NCBI GenBank assembly: GCA_000002435.2
Contig: CM018790.1
Direction: 5' to 3' (one strand)
Length of the DNA: 64,000 nt
Source of the DNA: Giardia intestinalis
Lineage: Eukaryota
Within the stretch, counting starts at the first letter, position 1. Each line of letters begins with the position of its first letter. Under the pieces are notes generated by a model that did not search any database, was not told the DNA's origin, and saw only the letters and a list, made by a program, of their open reading frames with translations. Made by a program: the position numbers and the translations under genes. Of the stretch, positions 19,393 through 29,299 are shown in pieces.

Positions 19393-21291
19393 CTTTTGGG
19401 TTCTGAAGTGCCATGCTTGATTATCTTCGTCCCAGCTAGCAATGCTCTCGATCGACCTCTGATATTCCTCTGGAACAAACATTGAAACAATGAACTGACG
19501 AAGCTCACAGAGCTTGATCTGGTCTGCATAGTCGTTCCGTATTATCTCTCGCTCCTTTGCCTGGTCTGCCTCTACATTATGAAGTTCTTCTCTGCGCTCA
19601 GCCAGCTGCTCTTTGTATTCATTCAAGCGTAGCTCCAGCTGCTGAGCCTGATCCAATGCAGTCGTGCATTGCTCCTCAAGCTGTTTCCTTTGTTGCTCTG
19701 CCTCTATCAACTCTTTCTTGAGCCTCTCTGCTTCTTTCTTTTGGGCGACAAGCGCGTTGCGGGCCTCGCGGATCGCCGCATCTTTAAGCCTTTCCTCGTT
19801 TTCGAGAACCTTCTTGTCAACCATCTTAGATTTGTTAGCCTCTATGAGTGCTGCTATCTTCTTAGCCATAAGCTGCCGTTCTTTGGCTTTGCGCTCGCTT
19901 TCCTTAATTTGCTCTTCCAACTTCTTCTGCTCCTCCTCAAGGGTTGCAAGCTCCTCGGCAGAAACAGCTTCTTCGTTCTCCTTTCTCTGCTCAACGTACT
20001 TGACCCTTTTCTTTTTTGTCTTGTCAAGATTCTTCCGCAATGACTGCACATTGGCCATTTCATCCGCTGTATAGCCCGTAAACCCTGCACCCATGTTTCC
20101 CTCGCCGTCATATGCTTCTTTATCTTCTACCTCGCTTCCGCTTCCTGCATTTGCTTGTTGCATAATTTCTGCAAGCTGGGCCTCGAGCTTGGTTACATAG
20201 TTGCGCATTTCCCTAATCTGCGCATCCTTCGGGTCTTCATTGATTCGTGGCTTATTCTTGATTTGCTTGGCACGATCAGCATACCGGAGGGTTGACATGG
20301 TCTCATCGTAGTTAGTTGAAGCAGGGCTAACGGCCACGACCATTAGAGTCTTGCTATTCCCACCCAAGGAGTCCTGGAGCAGCCTAGTGAGCTTGGAGTC
20401 GCGATATGGAATGTGCTTAGATCCTTCCACTAACTTTGAAATGACACATCCAAGGGTTGTCAAGCTCAGATTGATTTTGGCAGCTTCTTTTAGACGGTCG
20501 CCGGTCGCTCCCGTCTTCTCTTGCCGTTCAGACCCAGCAAGGTCGACAAGGTTAAGCTTGCCAACGCGAATACATTCTCTCCCATCAATTACTGTCATGC
20601 GTTCAAGCACCACCTGAAAGATGCTGTGCGATCTGGAGCTAGTGGCATTCATAAGGGTTGCTGCTACAGCCCTGCTTTCATTTCCCTTTTGTATAAGTTT
20701 GTCAATATGACGCTCATCTGAAACGGGGTGTTCGGAGAGATCTTTGATAAACACCCCCTTAACAGGATCCTCTTTAAGCTGAAGATGCGTAGCACCAGTA
20801 AGTAGATCTTTAAGGTCCTCATTATAAATTTCAACAAAACTAGCTCGCACCAGAAACTGATCATCCTTGGCTTGTGCTATGAAATCGAAGATGCGCTGAA
20901 AGGCAAGGGGGATCATGCCTGGATTGTCTTTCTGACCCATCATTGTGTGTGTCTTGCCCGACCCTGTCTGTCCATAGGCAAACACAGTAGCATTATACCC
21001 TTCAAGACATCCGTCTATCATCTCACGAACAGATTCATCAAAGACCTCAACCTGTGTGGAGTTGCTTGGATAGACGGCGTCGTAGGTAAATACCTTTTTA
21101 GATGGTAGGCATTCGCTGGTCGCAGAACCCGCGCCCTTTTCCACAGGCTTGTGCAGGGTCACCGTGCAGAGGGTCTTGTCCATTTCGATGATTTCCGTCG
21201 CACCCTCCTGTTCTTCCCTCTTATTAAAAGGGCGCACACGGACCATAACCATGACGTTGTCGGAGGAGCCTTTGCCCTTACTCTTGCTCAT
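19363..21291 (-). CDS. Kinesin-2 (KIF3-like) motor protein, 642 aa.
   Basis: Motor motifs GQTGSGKT, SSRSH, LVDLAGSE. Kinesin-2 neck RAKQIKNKPRINEDPKDA. Coiled-coil stalk. ORF-track start 21294 is TTG; the ATG is at 21291. Confidence 0.9.
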   Translation of the reverse strand: MSKSKGKGSSDNVMVMVRVRPFNKREEQEGATEIIEMDKTLCTVTLHKPVEKGAGSATSECLPSKKVFTYDAVYPSNSTQVEVFDESVREMIDGCLEGYNATVFAYGQTGSGKTHTMMGQKDNPGMIPLAFQRIFDFIAQAKDDQFLVRASFVEIYNEDLKDLLTGATHLQLKEDPVKGVFIKDLSEHPVSDERHIDKLIQKGNESRAVAATLMNATSSRSHSIFQVVLERMTVIDGRECIRVGKLNLVDLAGSERQEKTGATGDRLKEAAKINLSLTTLGCVISKLVEGSKHIPYRDSKLTRLLQDSLGGNSKTLMVVAVSPASTNYDETMSTLRYADRAKQIKNKPRINEDPKDAQIREMRNYVTKLEAQLAEIMQQANAGSGSEVEDKEAYDGEGNMGAGFTGYTADEMANVQSLRKNLDKTKKKRVKYVEQRKENEEAVSAEELATLEEEQKKLEEQIKESERKAKERQLMAKKIAALIEANKSKMVDKKVLENEERLKDAAIREARNALVAQKKEAERLKKELIEAEQQRKQLEEQCTTALDQAQQLELRLNEYKEQLAERREELHNVEADQAKEREIIRNDYADQIKLCELRQFIVSMFVPEEYQRSIESIASWDEDNQAWHFRTQKSHRGMAGFG

Positions 21292-21325
21292 CAATTTTTA
21301 GATTGAAATATGGTAAATACAACCT

Positions 21326-23488
21326 TTACTGGGACTCCTTGTCATCTAATACACCACTACGCCGCACAAGCAAGAAGATGGCGAGATAGCTAGTGAATAT
21401 TGGCACGGTAAGCAGAGCGAGCCCGTAGATGAGCGCCATGTCGGTGTTACTATTATAGATATCGCGAAGGGTGTTCATCAGTATCAATCGCGCAGAGGGT
21501 GGCAAGCAGTGTGGTAGATGCATCCCTCTGTAACGACAGACCGTGCATTCTTCGGGATCAGTGTCGCTGCAGCTGAGGCACCAGTTGGAGCAAACGTCAT
21601 TGCAATTATGTGATGTGCTAGTCATCCCTTCCTTACAGGAGGTACACCTGTTCCCAGTGCACGTTGCACAAAAACTGGCCAACTCAGGGTTACACTCTCC
21701 CGGTGGATAACAGTACGGAGGCTCTGTCCCCTCGGTGCTGCAGGCTCCACAATATGCAGCGTCATTGATCATACAGGTACTACAGTACTTGTGACATACC
21801 TCTTTGCAGTGATCTCCAGTATAACCGTCTTTACATTCAGTGCATCTCTCATCTATACATGACTTGCAGTTCTTGTATTTCTCCGCGTCCAAGCATTGAC
21901 CTGGAGGGAGGCATCGAGGAGGTGTGGCAGCATCAGACGTGCAAGTAACACAGCTAGAAGCGTCTAGCGGATGGCACGTAGCGCAGAACTTGGAGCAATG
22001 TTCTGTACATTCTTTGGCTGGATTTGTAAAACCGTCCTTGCACGATAAACAGACGATTCCGTTACAAGACCCACAAAACTGAAGGCTAGCATCAGACTGA
22101 TCACACTCTCCATAAGGAAGACACTTAGGAGCATACCGGCTACTATCTGCGCAGGTGAGGCAGACAGTAGAATCATGTGGGCTACAATCCTTACAAAGAG
22201 ATGAGCACCTGATTGAACACCTCTTCTCAGGTCCTGAGAATCCTTCCCTACATTTTGTGCACGTGCTTCCGTCACACTCACTACAGTGTTGGAGCTCTTT
22301 GTCATTTTGGTCGCAAACACCACGAGGAAGACAGAGAGGAGGATAGCGTGTCTCATCCTTGCAGATTGTACATGCGGCAAAGTCTACATCGGCGCAAGCG
22401 GCACAGGAATCGACACACTTTTTGCTGCAATTGGACATAGAATCAGACCAGCCTGGTACACACGTGAGACAAGCTGATCCGTCGCAGGTCGCACAATTGG
22501 ACACGCTAGGATCAATGGTACTACACTGACCATAGGGAAGACACTCAGGAAGATGAGCAGACGCACTAGCACACTCAGTGCAGACAGATGGCTCTGTCTG
22601 ATCACACGTTAAGCAGTGCTCACTGCAGCGCACCTTACACTGCGACGAAGGCATCGCATAACCAGCCTTGCAGCGAAGGCACTGAGTGCGACTGCACTCC
22701 ATGCAGTTGGCGAGGTCCTCTAATTCAGGATCGCAAACACCTTCAGGATAGCAATGAGGAGGATCTCCTGCTGTAGCACTGGCACAGACGGTACAGTGAC
22801 GAGAATCACCAGGACTGCACTCCGCGCATCGAGCATCGCACTGTGTCGTGCACCCCGTTTCCGGTCCTGAATATCCCGCCAGGCACGCCAAACACGTTTC
22901 ATTACTTTGGCACTTGGCGCAATGGGACAGTGAAGGAGGGCATATTGTTGTGTCTATACAGTCAGGCGGCTCGCCAATGGCTGAATCTAGACACTCTATA
23001 CAGTGTGTTGGATCATAAGCATCACAGACTTTGCATCTTTCATGGCATTCAACAAAGCATCCCATTGCCGGTGAACTGTACCCAGGAAGACACGCAAGGC
23101 AGACACCATCATAACATACACTACAATGCTTGAGACCCTTTGGACACAAGGACGGGTCGGTCTCAACCGGAACAACAAGTGTCTGCACCTCAGGTACACA
23201 TGGCTTACATTTCTCACACTCCGGGCATTTAGCGCACTTTGGACACTCCGGACACTTTGGACATGGAGAAGGTTCAACATGAACCACGCGAGGCCGGGAC
23301 GCCCAGGTAAGTAGTACCTTTTCAAAAGTAGAGGGAAGCTGACAGTATCTAAGAGTTATAAGGCTTAGGTAGACGATCACGACTAGTAGGGCCGCTATGA
23401 ACCCGCATGAAATTCGTTGCAGGTTTGAGGACCTGCTAACCCTTGCTGTGGTGTCTACAGGAGTCACTGCGGGGGCGCTTTCCTCCAT
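21326..23488 (-). CDS. High-cysteine membrane protein (furin/EGF-like Cys repeats), 720 aa.
   Basis: About 14% Cys in repeated C..C..G.......C units. N-terminal hydrophobic anchor, a PKCPECPKCAKCPECEKCKPC tract, and a C-terminal TM plus short tail. Confidence 0.75.
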   Translation of the reverse strand: MEESAPAVTPVDTTARVSRSSNLQRISCGFIAALLVVIVYLSLITLRYCQLPSTFEKVLLTWASRPRVVHVEPSPCPKCPECPKCAKCPECEKCKPCVPEVQTLVVPVETDPSLCPKGLKHCSVCYDGVCLACLPGYSSPAMGCFVECHERCKVCDAYDPTHCIECLDSAIGEPPDCIDTTICPPSLSHCAKCQSNETCLACLAGYSGPETGCTTQCDARCAECSPGDSRHCTVCASATAGDPPHCYPEGVCDPELEDLANCMECSRTQCLRCKAGYAMPSSQCKVRCSEHCLTCDQTEPSVCTECASASAHLPECLPYGQCSTIDPSVSNCATCDGSACLTCVPGWSDSMSNCSKKCVDSCAACADVDFAACTICKDETRYPPLCLPRGVCDQNDKELQHCSECDGSTCTKCREGFSGPEKRCSIRCSSLCKDCSPHDSTVCLTCADSSRYAPKCLPYGECDQSDASLQFCGSCNGIVCLSCKDGFTNPAKECTEHCSKFCATCHPLDASSCVTCTSDAATPPRCLPPGQCLDAEKYKNCKSCIDERCTECKDGYTGDHCKEVCHKYCSTCMINDAAYCGACSTEGTEPPYCYPPGECNPELASFCATCTGNRCTSCKEGMTSTSHNCNDVCSNWCLSCSDTDPEECTVCRYRGMHLPHCLPPSARLILMNTLRDIYNSNTDMALIYGLALLTVPIFTSYLAIFLLVRRSGVLDDKESQ

Positions 23489-23570
23489 AACACTTGTAGA
23501 GTAAAGAATGATCTAAAGTTTTTGATCGTTAAAAGCCTCAGACGCCCTTGAGGCGGAAAATAAATTCCAG

Positions 23571-24521
23571 ATGTCGGCAGGGAAAACGGTTGTGATTGCG
23601 CTGGGCGGCAACGCTATGCTTCAGGCCAAGGAGAAGGGGGACTATGACACTCAACGTAAGAATGTTGAGATTGCGGCCTCGGAGATTTATAAAATCCATA
23701 AGGCTGGCTATAAGGTTGTTCTCACAAGTGGTAACGGGCCGCAGGTGGGTGCCATAAAACTCCAAAACCAGGCTGCAGCAGGTGTTTCTCCAGAAATGCC
23801 CCTCCACGTCTGTGGTGCAATGTCCCAGGGATTCATCGGCTACATGATGTCTCAGGCGATGGACAACGTTTTTTGCGCGAATAACGAGCCAGCAAACTGT
23901 GTTACCTGTGTCACTCAGACATTAGTCGATCCGAAGGATCAGGCTTTCACAAATCCCACAAAGCCCGTTGGGAGGTTCTACACCGAGCAGGAGGCGAAGG
24001 ACCTCATGGCTGCAAACCCGGGAAAAATCCTCCGCGAGGATGCTGGCCGCGGCTGGCGTGTTGTCGTCCCATCTCCTCGTCCTCTTGAGATCGTGGAGTA
24101 TGGTGTCATCAAGACCCTCATTGACAACAACGTTCTTGTCATTTGTACGAATGGGGGAGGAATCCCTTGCAAGCGCGAGAACAAGGTCATCAGTGGCGTG
24201 GATGCTGTCATCGACAAGGACCTTGCAACCTCTCTTCTAGCTAAAACGCTGAACTCGGACTACCTTATGATACTTACGGACGTCCTCAACGCGTGCATCA
24301 ATTACAAGAAGCCCGATGAGAGAAAGCTCGAGGAGATCAAGCTTAGCGAGATTCTCGCCCTCGAAAAGGACGGCCACTTTGCTGCCGGATCTATGGGGCC
24401 GAAGGTCCGTGCAGCAATCGAGTTTACACAGGCAACTGGAAAAATGAGCATCATCACCTCCCTGAGCACTGCGGTGGATGCGCTCAATGGTAAATGTGGG
24501 ACCCGCATCATCAAGGATTAA
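23571..24521 (+). CDS. Carbamate kinase (arginine dihydrolase pathway), 316 aa.
   Basis: VVIALGGNAM...LTSGNGPQVG...GSMGPKVRAAIEF motifs of amino-acid-kinase-fold carbamate kinase. The length matches the known 316-aa Giardia enzyme. Confidence 0.95.
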   Translation: MSAGKTVVIALGGNAMLQAKEKGDYDTQRKNVEIAASEIYKIHKAGYKVVLTSGNGPQVGAIKLQNQAAAGVSPEMPLHVCGAMSQGFIGYMMSQAMDNVFCANNEPANCVTCVTQTLVDPKDQAFTNPTKPVGRFYTEQEAKDLMAANPGKILREDAGRGWRVVVPSPRPLEIVEYGVIKTLIDNNVLVICTNGGGIPCKRENKVISGVDAVIDKDLATSLLAKTLNSDYLMILTDVLNACINYKKPDERKLEEIKLSEILALEKDGHFAAGSMGPKVRAAIEFTQATGKMSIITSLSTAVDALNGKCGTRIIKD

Positions 24522-27376
24522 CTTTGAAGCGAGGCTGTACGCTCCCACTCATATATCAGTGAATTTTCCAGCTGCTCTACCTTCGTCATTAGCCGCATAA
24601 TCTCGTCCTCGTATGGCTTGCCTGCCCTGTTGAGCCGAAGAGCAGTATTCAGCTGTTCGATCTCTATATTCTTTTCCTCTATCATGAAAGTAAGATCATC
24701 ATCCCTATGCATCGATAGTAGCACAGCCTTCAGCATATTAATCTCGGTCTGCTTATCCTTTAAGGATGCAGCTATCTTGACCTCTGTTTCTCTATGCAAA
24801 TCAAGAATGCAGGACTGCAACCGCTGTATTTCGAGGTCTTTAACAGACGTTATGCTAAGTATCTCATTGGCATAGGCCTCCTTCGTTGCAATTAACTGTT
24901 GAAAGTGGCTATTTTCAAGTTTGAGCCGCTCATTTTCAATAATTAGCTGATCTAGTTTCCGTTTAACACTGGGATAGTCACCATACTTTGCTAAAAGAGC
25001 TTTGAGTCGTACTATCTCACCGGCAAGGTTTGTCTGAGATGTGGGACCCAGAGTAGTTGCAGAAGAGCGATCGGCATCAGAGGACTGCCTGTACATAGTC
25101 ACAGAAGACCTCATGTGAGAAGGGAGAAGATTGTTTTCATAAAGCTGCGACACGGACATAGGGACTCCGTGCTCTAAGATAATCTGAGAGTGAGTTAGAG
25201 AAGGCTCCGGACTGCTGGAGTCTGGCGGAGAGAGAGTACCCTGCGATTCTGGGTGGACCTTAAACAAGTATCGCTTAAGATTTGCTATTTCGTTATCCTT
25301 GCGCTTTAATTCATCCTTATAGAAGCCAGCTGAAGAGCGCTTCAAGAGCTCTCGGCGTAGGTTTGCAATACTGGTATCATAGTCACTTTTGATGCTGTGG
25401 TATTTTTGTTCTATGGCTATTAGCCTTTGGCACAGAGAGTGGCAATGGCTACAATTAGGACGTGAGACTAAGTCTAATGTACAAGTGCTCAGCCCATTCT
25501 TCAGGATCACAGAATCTGCACACGATGACTCAGGTGTTGATAGAGATAGTATCTTCGAAAAGCGGACATTGGATGACCGACTAGGAGACGTTGCCTTTGG
25601 AGTAGAAATCATCTTGCCCGGTTGCAGTGCTGTAGGTATTTGAACCGCATCTGTTGGGTCATTAACAGAGCCTTTTCTGATTTTGGTATTCTTCTCTGAG
25701 GGTGCAGATAGGGAAAACGTGCCAGGGACAACCGTCCTATACCGGGGGCTCTTTGCCAAGGACTGGGACTGGTCTGGTACAAGAATTGATCTGGCCATGG
25801 GAGACAGCGATATAGGTGCACTGCTATGAAAGAGCGTGCTACCGCGCATCGAGGTATTGGCATATGCTCGAGGGGAAGCGATAGAGGTTCGTAAGAACTG
25901 ACGCGAGGCAGACCGCCGGCTCCCATCCCAAGCAATCTCTTGAGAATCATAGGATTGATGTGGATTGGATAGGATCCGCCTCGAAGCTTCCATGGCGGAG
26001 CTTGTGGTTATCGGTGTCTTTGTAAGCCACTCTGGGCCACGAAAGCTCTCCCGTAATTGATTAATAGATTCTCGAGTAGCTGCGTTGCTCACTGTGTTAC
26101 TAGAGCTCCTCCAATAATTAGGCTGAGTGGAATCTGTTGGCCTGATGTACTGGCTTTTACTCATGTAAGCTGTTTCCATCTCTGCTTTTTCATCCACCAG
26201 CCCACGGAGAGTAGAGTTGATGATGTTCACGAATGATTGTCTGCTGAAGCTATCTGATTTTTTTGATAGTTTAGGTTGACTATCAAGCCTTGTTTCTGGA
26301 GACACACCCCGAGCTATAGACGGACGGAGGGTCTCGGAAGGCTTGGGGAGTCTGCTAAGAAAGTTATTAACAAGCTCGACACAATCTCCCCGCATTTTCC
26401 CCAGAAGCGCAGTGCTTGTCAGAAGCGAGCCGTCATGGAACAGGTGCTTCCTCTTGTGGTAGGCAGAGTTATACTGACAGTCCATGATATGCTTGGAGAT
26501 ATCCGACAAGCAACCTGTTTCCGTGCATAAGAAAAGCTGATGATGTGCAAGACGGTCATTGAGCTCATATATCGTTTGTGCCAAACGTTTGATGCACAGC
26601 TCACGCCGTTCCTTAGACTGTGTGTTAGAGACTATGATGCTTCGAGCCATTAGATCAGTTGCATCATCTACCGCAGCAGGCGATGATAGGATGCAACTAG
26701 ACATCATCGGCCCTATCCGCTCTGCAGCCATCATCTGCTTTAGGAACTCCTTCTCCGGGACGTCCATGGCATTTTCCTTAGCAAAATAACAACCAAACTT
26801 CATGGTTTTGTAGGCTTCCAGCAATGAAACATCCAGTGTTACCAATTCAATGGATTGCTGACCAACGCATACCGGGCAATAAGGCGTCTTTTGTCGTTTT
26901 AAGGTGTGCTCCAAACAAAACCGGCAAATGGTTGTTCCACATGGATAGAGCTTGCAAGGCTGTATCATATGTTGATAGCAGCATCCACAGCGACTCGTTG
27001 TTCCTTCTTGCCTTATGGCCTCTGCTGCTTCCTTCTCGTCAATGGTCGGGTTTCCAAGCGCATTGCGAGGCAGTATTGATAAAAGTAGTGAATAGCACGA
27101 TGGTATTTGATAAATTGTAGGCGGTGGTAAAAACGAAAGCAGGAAGTCACTAGGGTTTTGGACGGGGGTTTCCATTGTCTGGATTAAAATTGTCTTTAGT
27201 CTGATGCTATCCTCTATTGCTGAGAGCCCAGGAAAGTCCGCCTCCTTATAAAGGGTCTGATAAATTCCATACACAGCGGCCTCGAATGATCCTTCAAAGC
27301 GGAAAGGATATTTGTATACCGAAAGGATTTGCTGGTACGTGACTGTGGCCAGTTGTGGAACAATGGCAAAGGCCAT
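24518..27376 (-). CDS. RING/zinc-finger plus coiled-coil protein (TRAF-like architecture), 952 aa.
   Basis: Cys cluster CGCCYQHMIQPCKLYPCGTTICRFCLEHTLKRQKTPYCPVC, a second C/H finger (LFLCTETGCLSDISKHIMDCQYNSAYH), and a C-terminal ~250-aa coiled coil. Confidence 0.65.
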   Translation of the reverse strand: MAFAIVPQLATVTYQQILSVYKYPFRFEGSFEAAVYGIYQTLYKEADFPGLSAIEDSIRLKTILIQTMETPVQNPSDFLLSFLPPPTIYQIPSCYSLLLSILPRNALGNPTIDEKEAAEAIRQEGTTSRCGCCYQHMIQPCKLYPCGTTICRFCLEHTLKRQKTPYCPVCVGQQSIELVTLDVSLLEAYKTMKFGCYFAKENAMDVPEKEFLKQMMAAERIGPMMSSCILSSPAAVDDATDLMARSIIVSNTQSKERRELCIKRLAQTIYELNDRLAHHQLFLCTETGCLSDISKHIMDCQYNSAYHKRKHLFHDGSLLTSTALLGKMRGDCVELVNNFLSRLPKPSETLRPSIARGVSPETRLDSQPKLSKKSDSFSRQSFVNIINSTLRGLVDEKAEMETAYMSKSQYIRPTDSTQPNYWRSSSNTVSNAATRESINQLRESFRGPEWLTKTPITTSSAMEASRRILSNPHQSYDSQEIAWDGSRRSASRQFLRTSIASPRAYANTSMRGSTLFHSSAPISLSPMARSILVPDQSQSLAKSPRYRTVVPGTFSLSAPSEKNTKIRKGSVNDPTDAVQIPTALQPGKMISTPKATSPSRSSNVRFSKILSLSTPESSCADSVILKNGLSTCTLDLVSRPNCSHCHSLCQRLIAIEQKYHSIKSDYDTSIANLRRELLKRSSAGFYKDELKRKDNEIANLKRYLFKVHPESQGTLSPPDSSSPEPSLTHSQIILEHGVPMSVSQLYENNLLPSHMRSSVTMYRQSSDADRSSATTLGPTSQTNLAGEIVRLKALLAKYGDYPSVKRKLDQLIIENERLKLENSHFQQLIATKEAYANEILSITSVKDLEIQRLQSCILDLHRETEVKIAASLKDKQTEINMLKAVLLSMHRDDDLTFMIEEKNIEIEQLNTALRLNRAGKPYEDEIMRLMTKVEQLENSLIYEWERTASLQS

Positions 27377-27504
27377 TTCAGAAATTTAATTTTACCAGAG
27401 ATGGATCATTTAGTCCTATAAACTTAATGCGAAGCACTGAGGGGCCCCTCGTGTATATTATCAGGCCAGGAAATCTGTAAAAGAAAATCTGTAGAAGGTT
27501 TACA

Positions 27505-29283
27505 TTAGGGATAAGACCTTGCACCAGTGCTCAGGATCCGATAAACATTGTATCCTCCATAACCCTCTGCATTCTCGAGGGCAGTGGAGCCGCACTCATC
27601 AACTATATCGATCTCTTCTAAGAGGTACGTCACACACTTGTACGCGTCACTGCGTGAAGCAAGTATAAGCGCTGTATCGCCGCTTTTGTCGACCATCCTT
27701 TTCTCGTACGGTGCAAGCTGCCTTACTGCTATGTAATTGTTGTTACTAGCTGCCTTCATAAGGGCTGTCTCACCATTTTCGTCTTGAATACCAGTGAGTC
27801 CAATGAGAAGCTTCACAAATGGGAGGCATTCATCGGGCTCCAGAAGCACTGCATACATAAGAGCGCTGCGCCCCTCATTATCCACTATGCGTGACTCTGC
27901 TAAGAGATCCTTTGCACAGTCCAACTGCTTGCCCATCACCGCATACATAAGCGCAGTTCGGCCACCTGAATCCCGGCGTTGCAGCATTACGGATCTCAGC
28001 CTCTTCATTGCATGTCTTTTTCCAGTACATGCGTAAACCATGAGATCACTGGCGCCAACTCTGCACTTTTCATGTGGAAGGAGAAGCCTTACAACATCAA
28101 GCTTACCTGAGGAAAGGCATTCCTCTAATGGAGACATGGCCTTCTTCGGTAACAGTGGCAGTTCATCTAGCAAAAGAGACACAAGTTTAGAAGAGCCAGT
28201 TGCGGCCGCCAACGAAAGAGCACTGTACCCCGAATCATTGACGAAGCCTAGCTCATAATCCTTCAGCATCCGCACGCATTGTATTTTGTTTTCCTGTGCT
28301 GCACACATAAGGGCAGTCGTTCCATCATTGTTCATCGTTGCTTTGGCTTCATATGGAATAAGAAACTCTACTATATCTACGTGACCACCAGAAGCAGCCC
28401 CGCCCAGCCCGGTGTCACTTGAATTCTTAAACTTGTCAATGTACTGAACAAGGGCTTTTACACAGCTTAAGTGACCGCTATTCGCGGCGATATACAGAGA
28501 TGAAAACCCGTTATAGAATATCGAGTGCTCCTTTTCCATAGTCATTTTGACTATCTCCAAACAGCCTTCTCCGGCAGCCGTGTATAGTGCGGTACCCCCT
28601 ATTTTTGTCGATAGCCCTAGTTCCTTTTCCACAAGGACGCGTGCGGCATCCACACTTGAGTTTTGAGCAGCATGCATTAAAGCCGTTTCTTCATAATCAT
28701 CCCTTAGCCCAGCTTCATAAGGAAGTAGAAGTTCTGCTGTTTGGGCTTGATTTGAGAAGGCAGCAAACATTAATGCAGTATACCCACCATGGGCTCGCTT
28801 ACCCAGATCACTCTTTAACGAAATTTCCTCTTGAACTGTCGATACATCCCCCACAAATGCTGCCCACATTAGTGGTGTGATCTTTACTTTGTCCTTTTCA
28901 TTATTGTAGAACAGCTCAGCACATTGGATTTCACCTGCACACATCGCATTCATCAGCGAGCTTCCCAGTAGGTCAGTTGGCTCTACATGCCCTTGGAGCG
29001 GAAGAAGATACTGCGCGACCTCGAGAGCTCCACACTCAGCCGCATGCATTAGTGCCACCTCTCCATATGATCCTACGAGGTGCCCCTCCAGGGGCTCTAA
29101 TATTTTAACAATGTCTAAGTAGTTGTGACGGGCTGCGTGCATAAGTGCAGTCATTTTCATGGAGTCATAAATTCCAGCATAGCTCAGAAACATCTGCACC
29201 ATCTCTGGGTTATTGTCCCGTACTGCATCAAACAACGGAGAGACATCATCGTAAATCTCGTATTGCCCGATCCTCCGATGCAT
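27505..29283 (-). CDS. Ankyrin-repeat protein of the 'protein 21.1' type, 592 aa.
   Basis: About 15 consecutive ANK repeats (..G.TALM.AA..G...V..LL). Confidence 0.85.
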   Translation of the reverse strand: MHRRIGQYEIYDDVSPLFDAVRDNNPEMVQMFLSYAGIYDSMKMTALMHAARHNYLDIVKILEPLEGHLVGSYGEVALMHAAECGALEVAQYLLPLQGHVEPTDLLGSSLMNAMCAGEIQCAELFYNNEKDKVKITPLMWAAFVGDVSTVQEEISLKSDLGKRAHGGYTALMFAAFSNQAQTAELLLPYEAGLRDDYEETALMHAAQNSSVDAARVLVEKELGLSTKIGGTALYTAAGEGCLEIVKMTMEKEHSIFYNGFSSLYIAANSGHLSCVKALVQYIDKFKNSSDTGLGGAASGGHVDIVEFLIPYEAKATMNNDGTTALMCAAQENKIQCVRMLKDYELGFVNDSGYSALSLAAATGSSKLVSLLLDELPLLPKKAMSPLEECLSSGKLDVVRLLLPHEKCRVGASDLMVYACTGKRHAMKRLRSVMLQRRDSGGRTALMYAVMGKQLDCAKDLLAESRIVDNEGRSALMYAVLLEPDECLPFVKLLIGLTGIQDENGETALMKAASNNNYIAVRQLAPYEKRMVDKSGDTALILASRSDAYKCVTYLLEEIDIVDECGSTALENAEGYGGYNVYRILSTGARSYP

Positions 29284-29299
29284 CGCTTTATAAAATTAA
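29284..29299. promoter_or_regulatory. 16-bp AT-rich bidirectional initiator between divergent genes.
   Basis: The intergenic sequence between the two ATGs is just cgctttataaaattaa. Confidence 0.4.

Noticed and set aside
19664-20111. Antisense ORFs (136, 124 and 85 aa) within the kinesin-2 stalk.
   Set aside because: They lie opposite a coiled-coil coding region with biased E/K/Q codon repeats. The products are Leu/Ser/Phe-rich nonsense with no start-context support.
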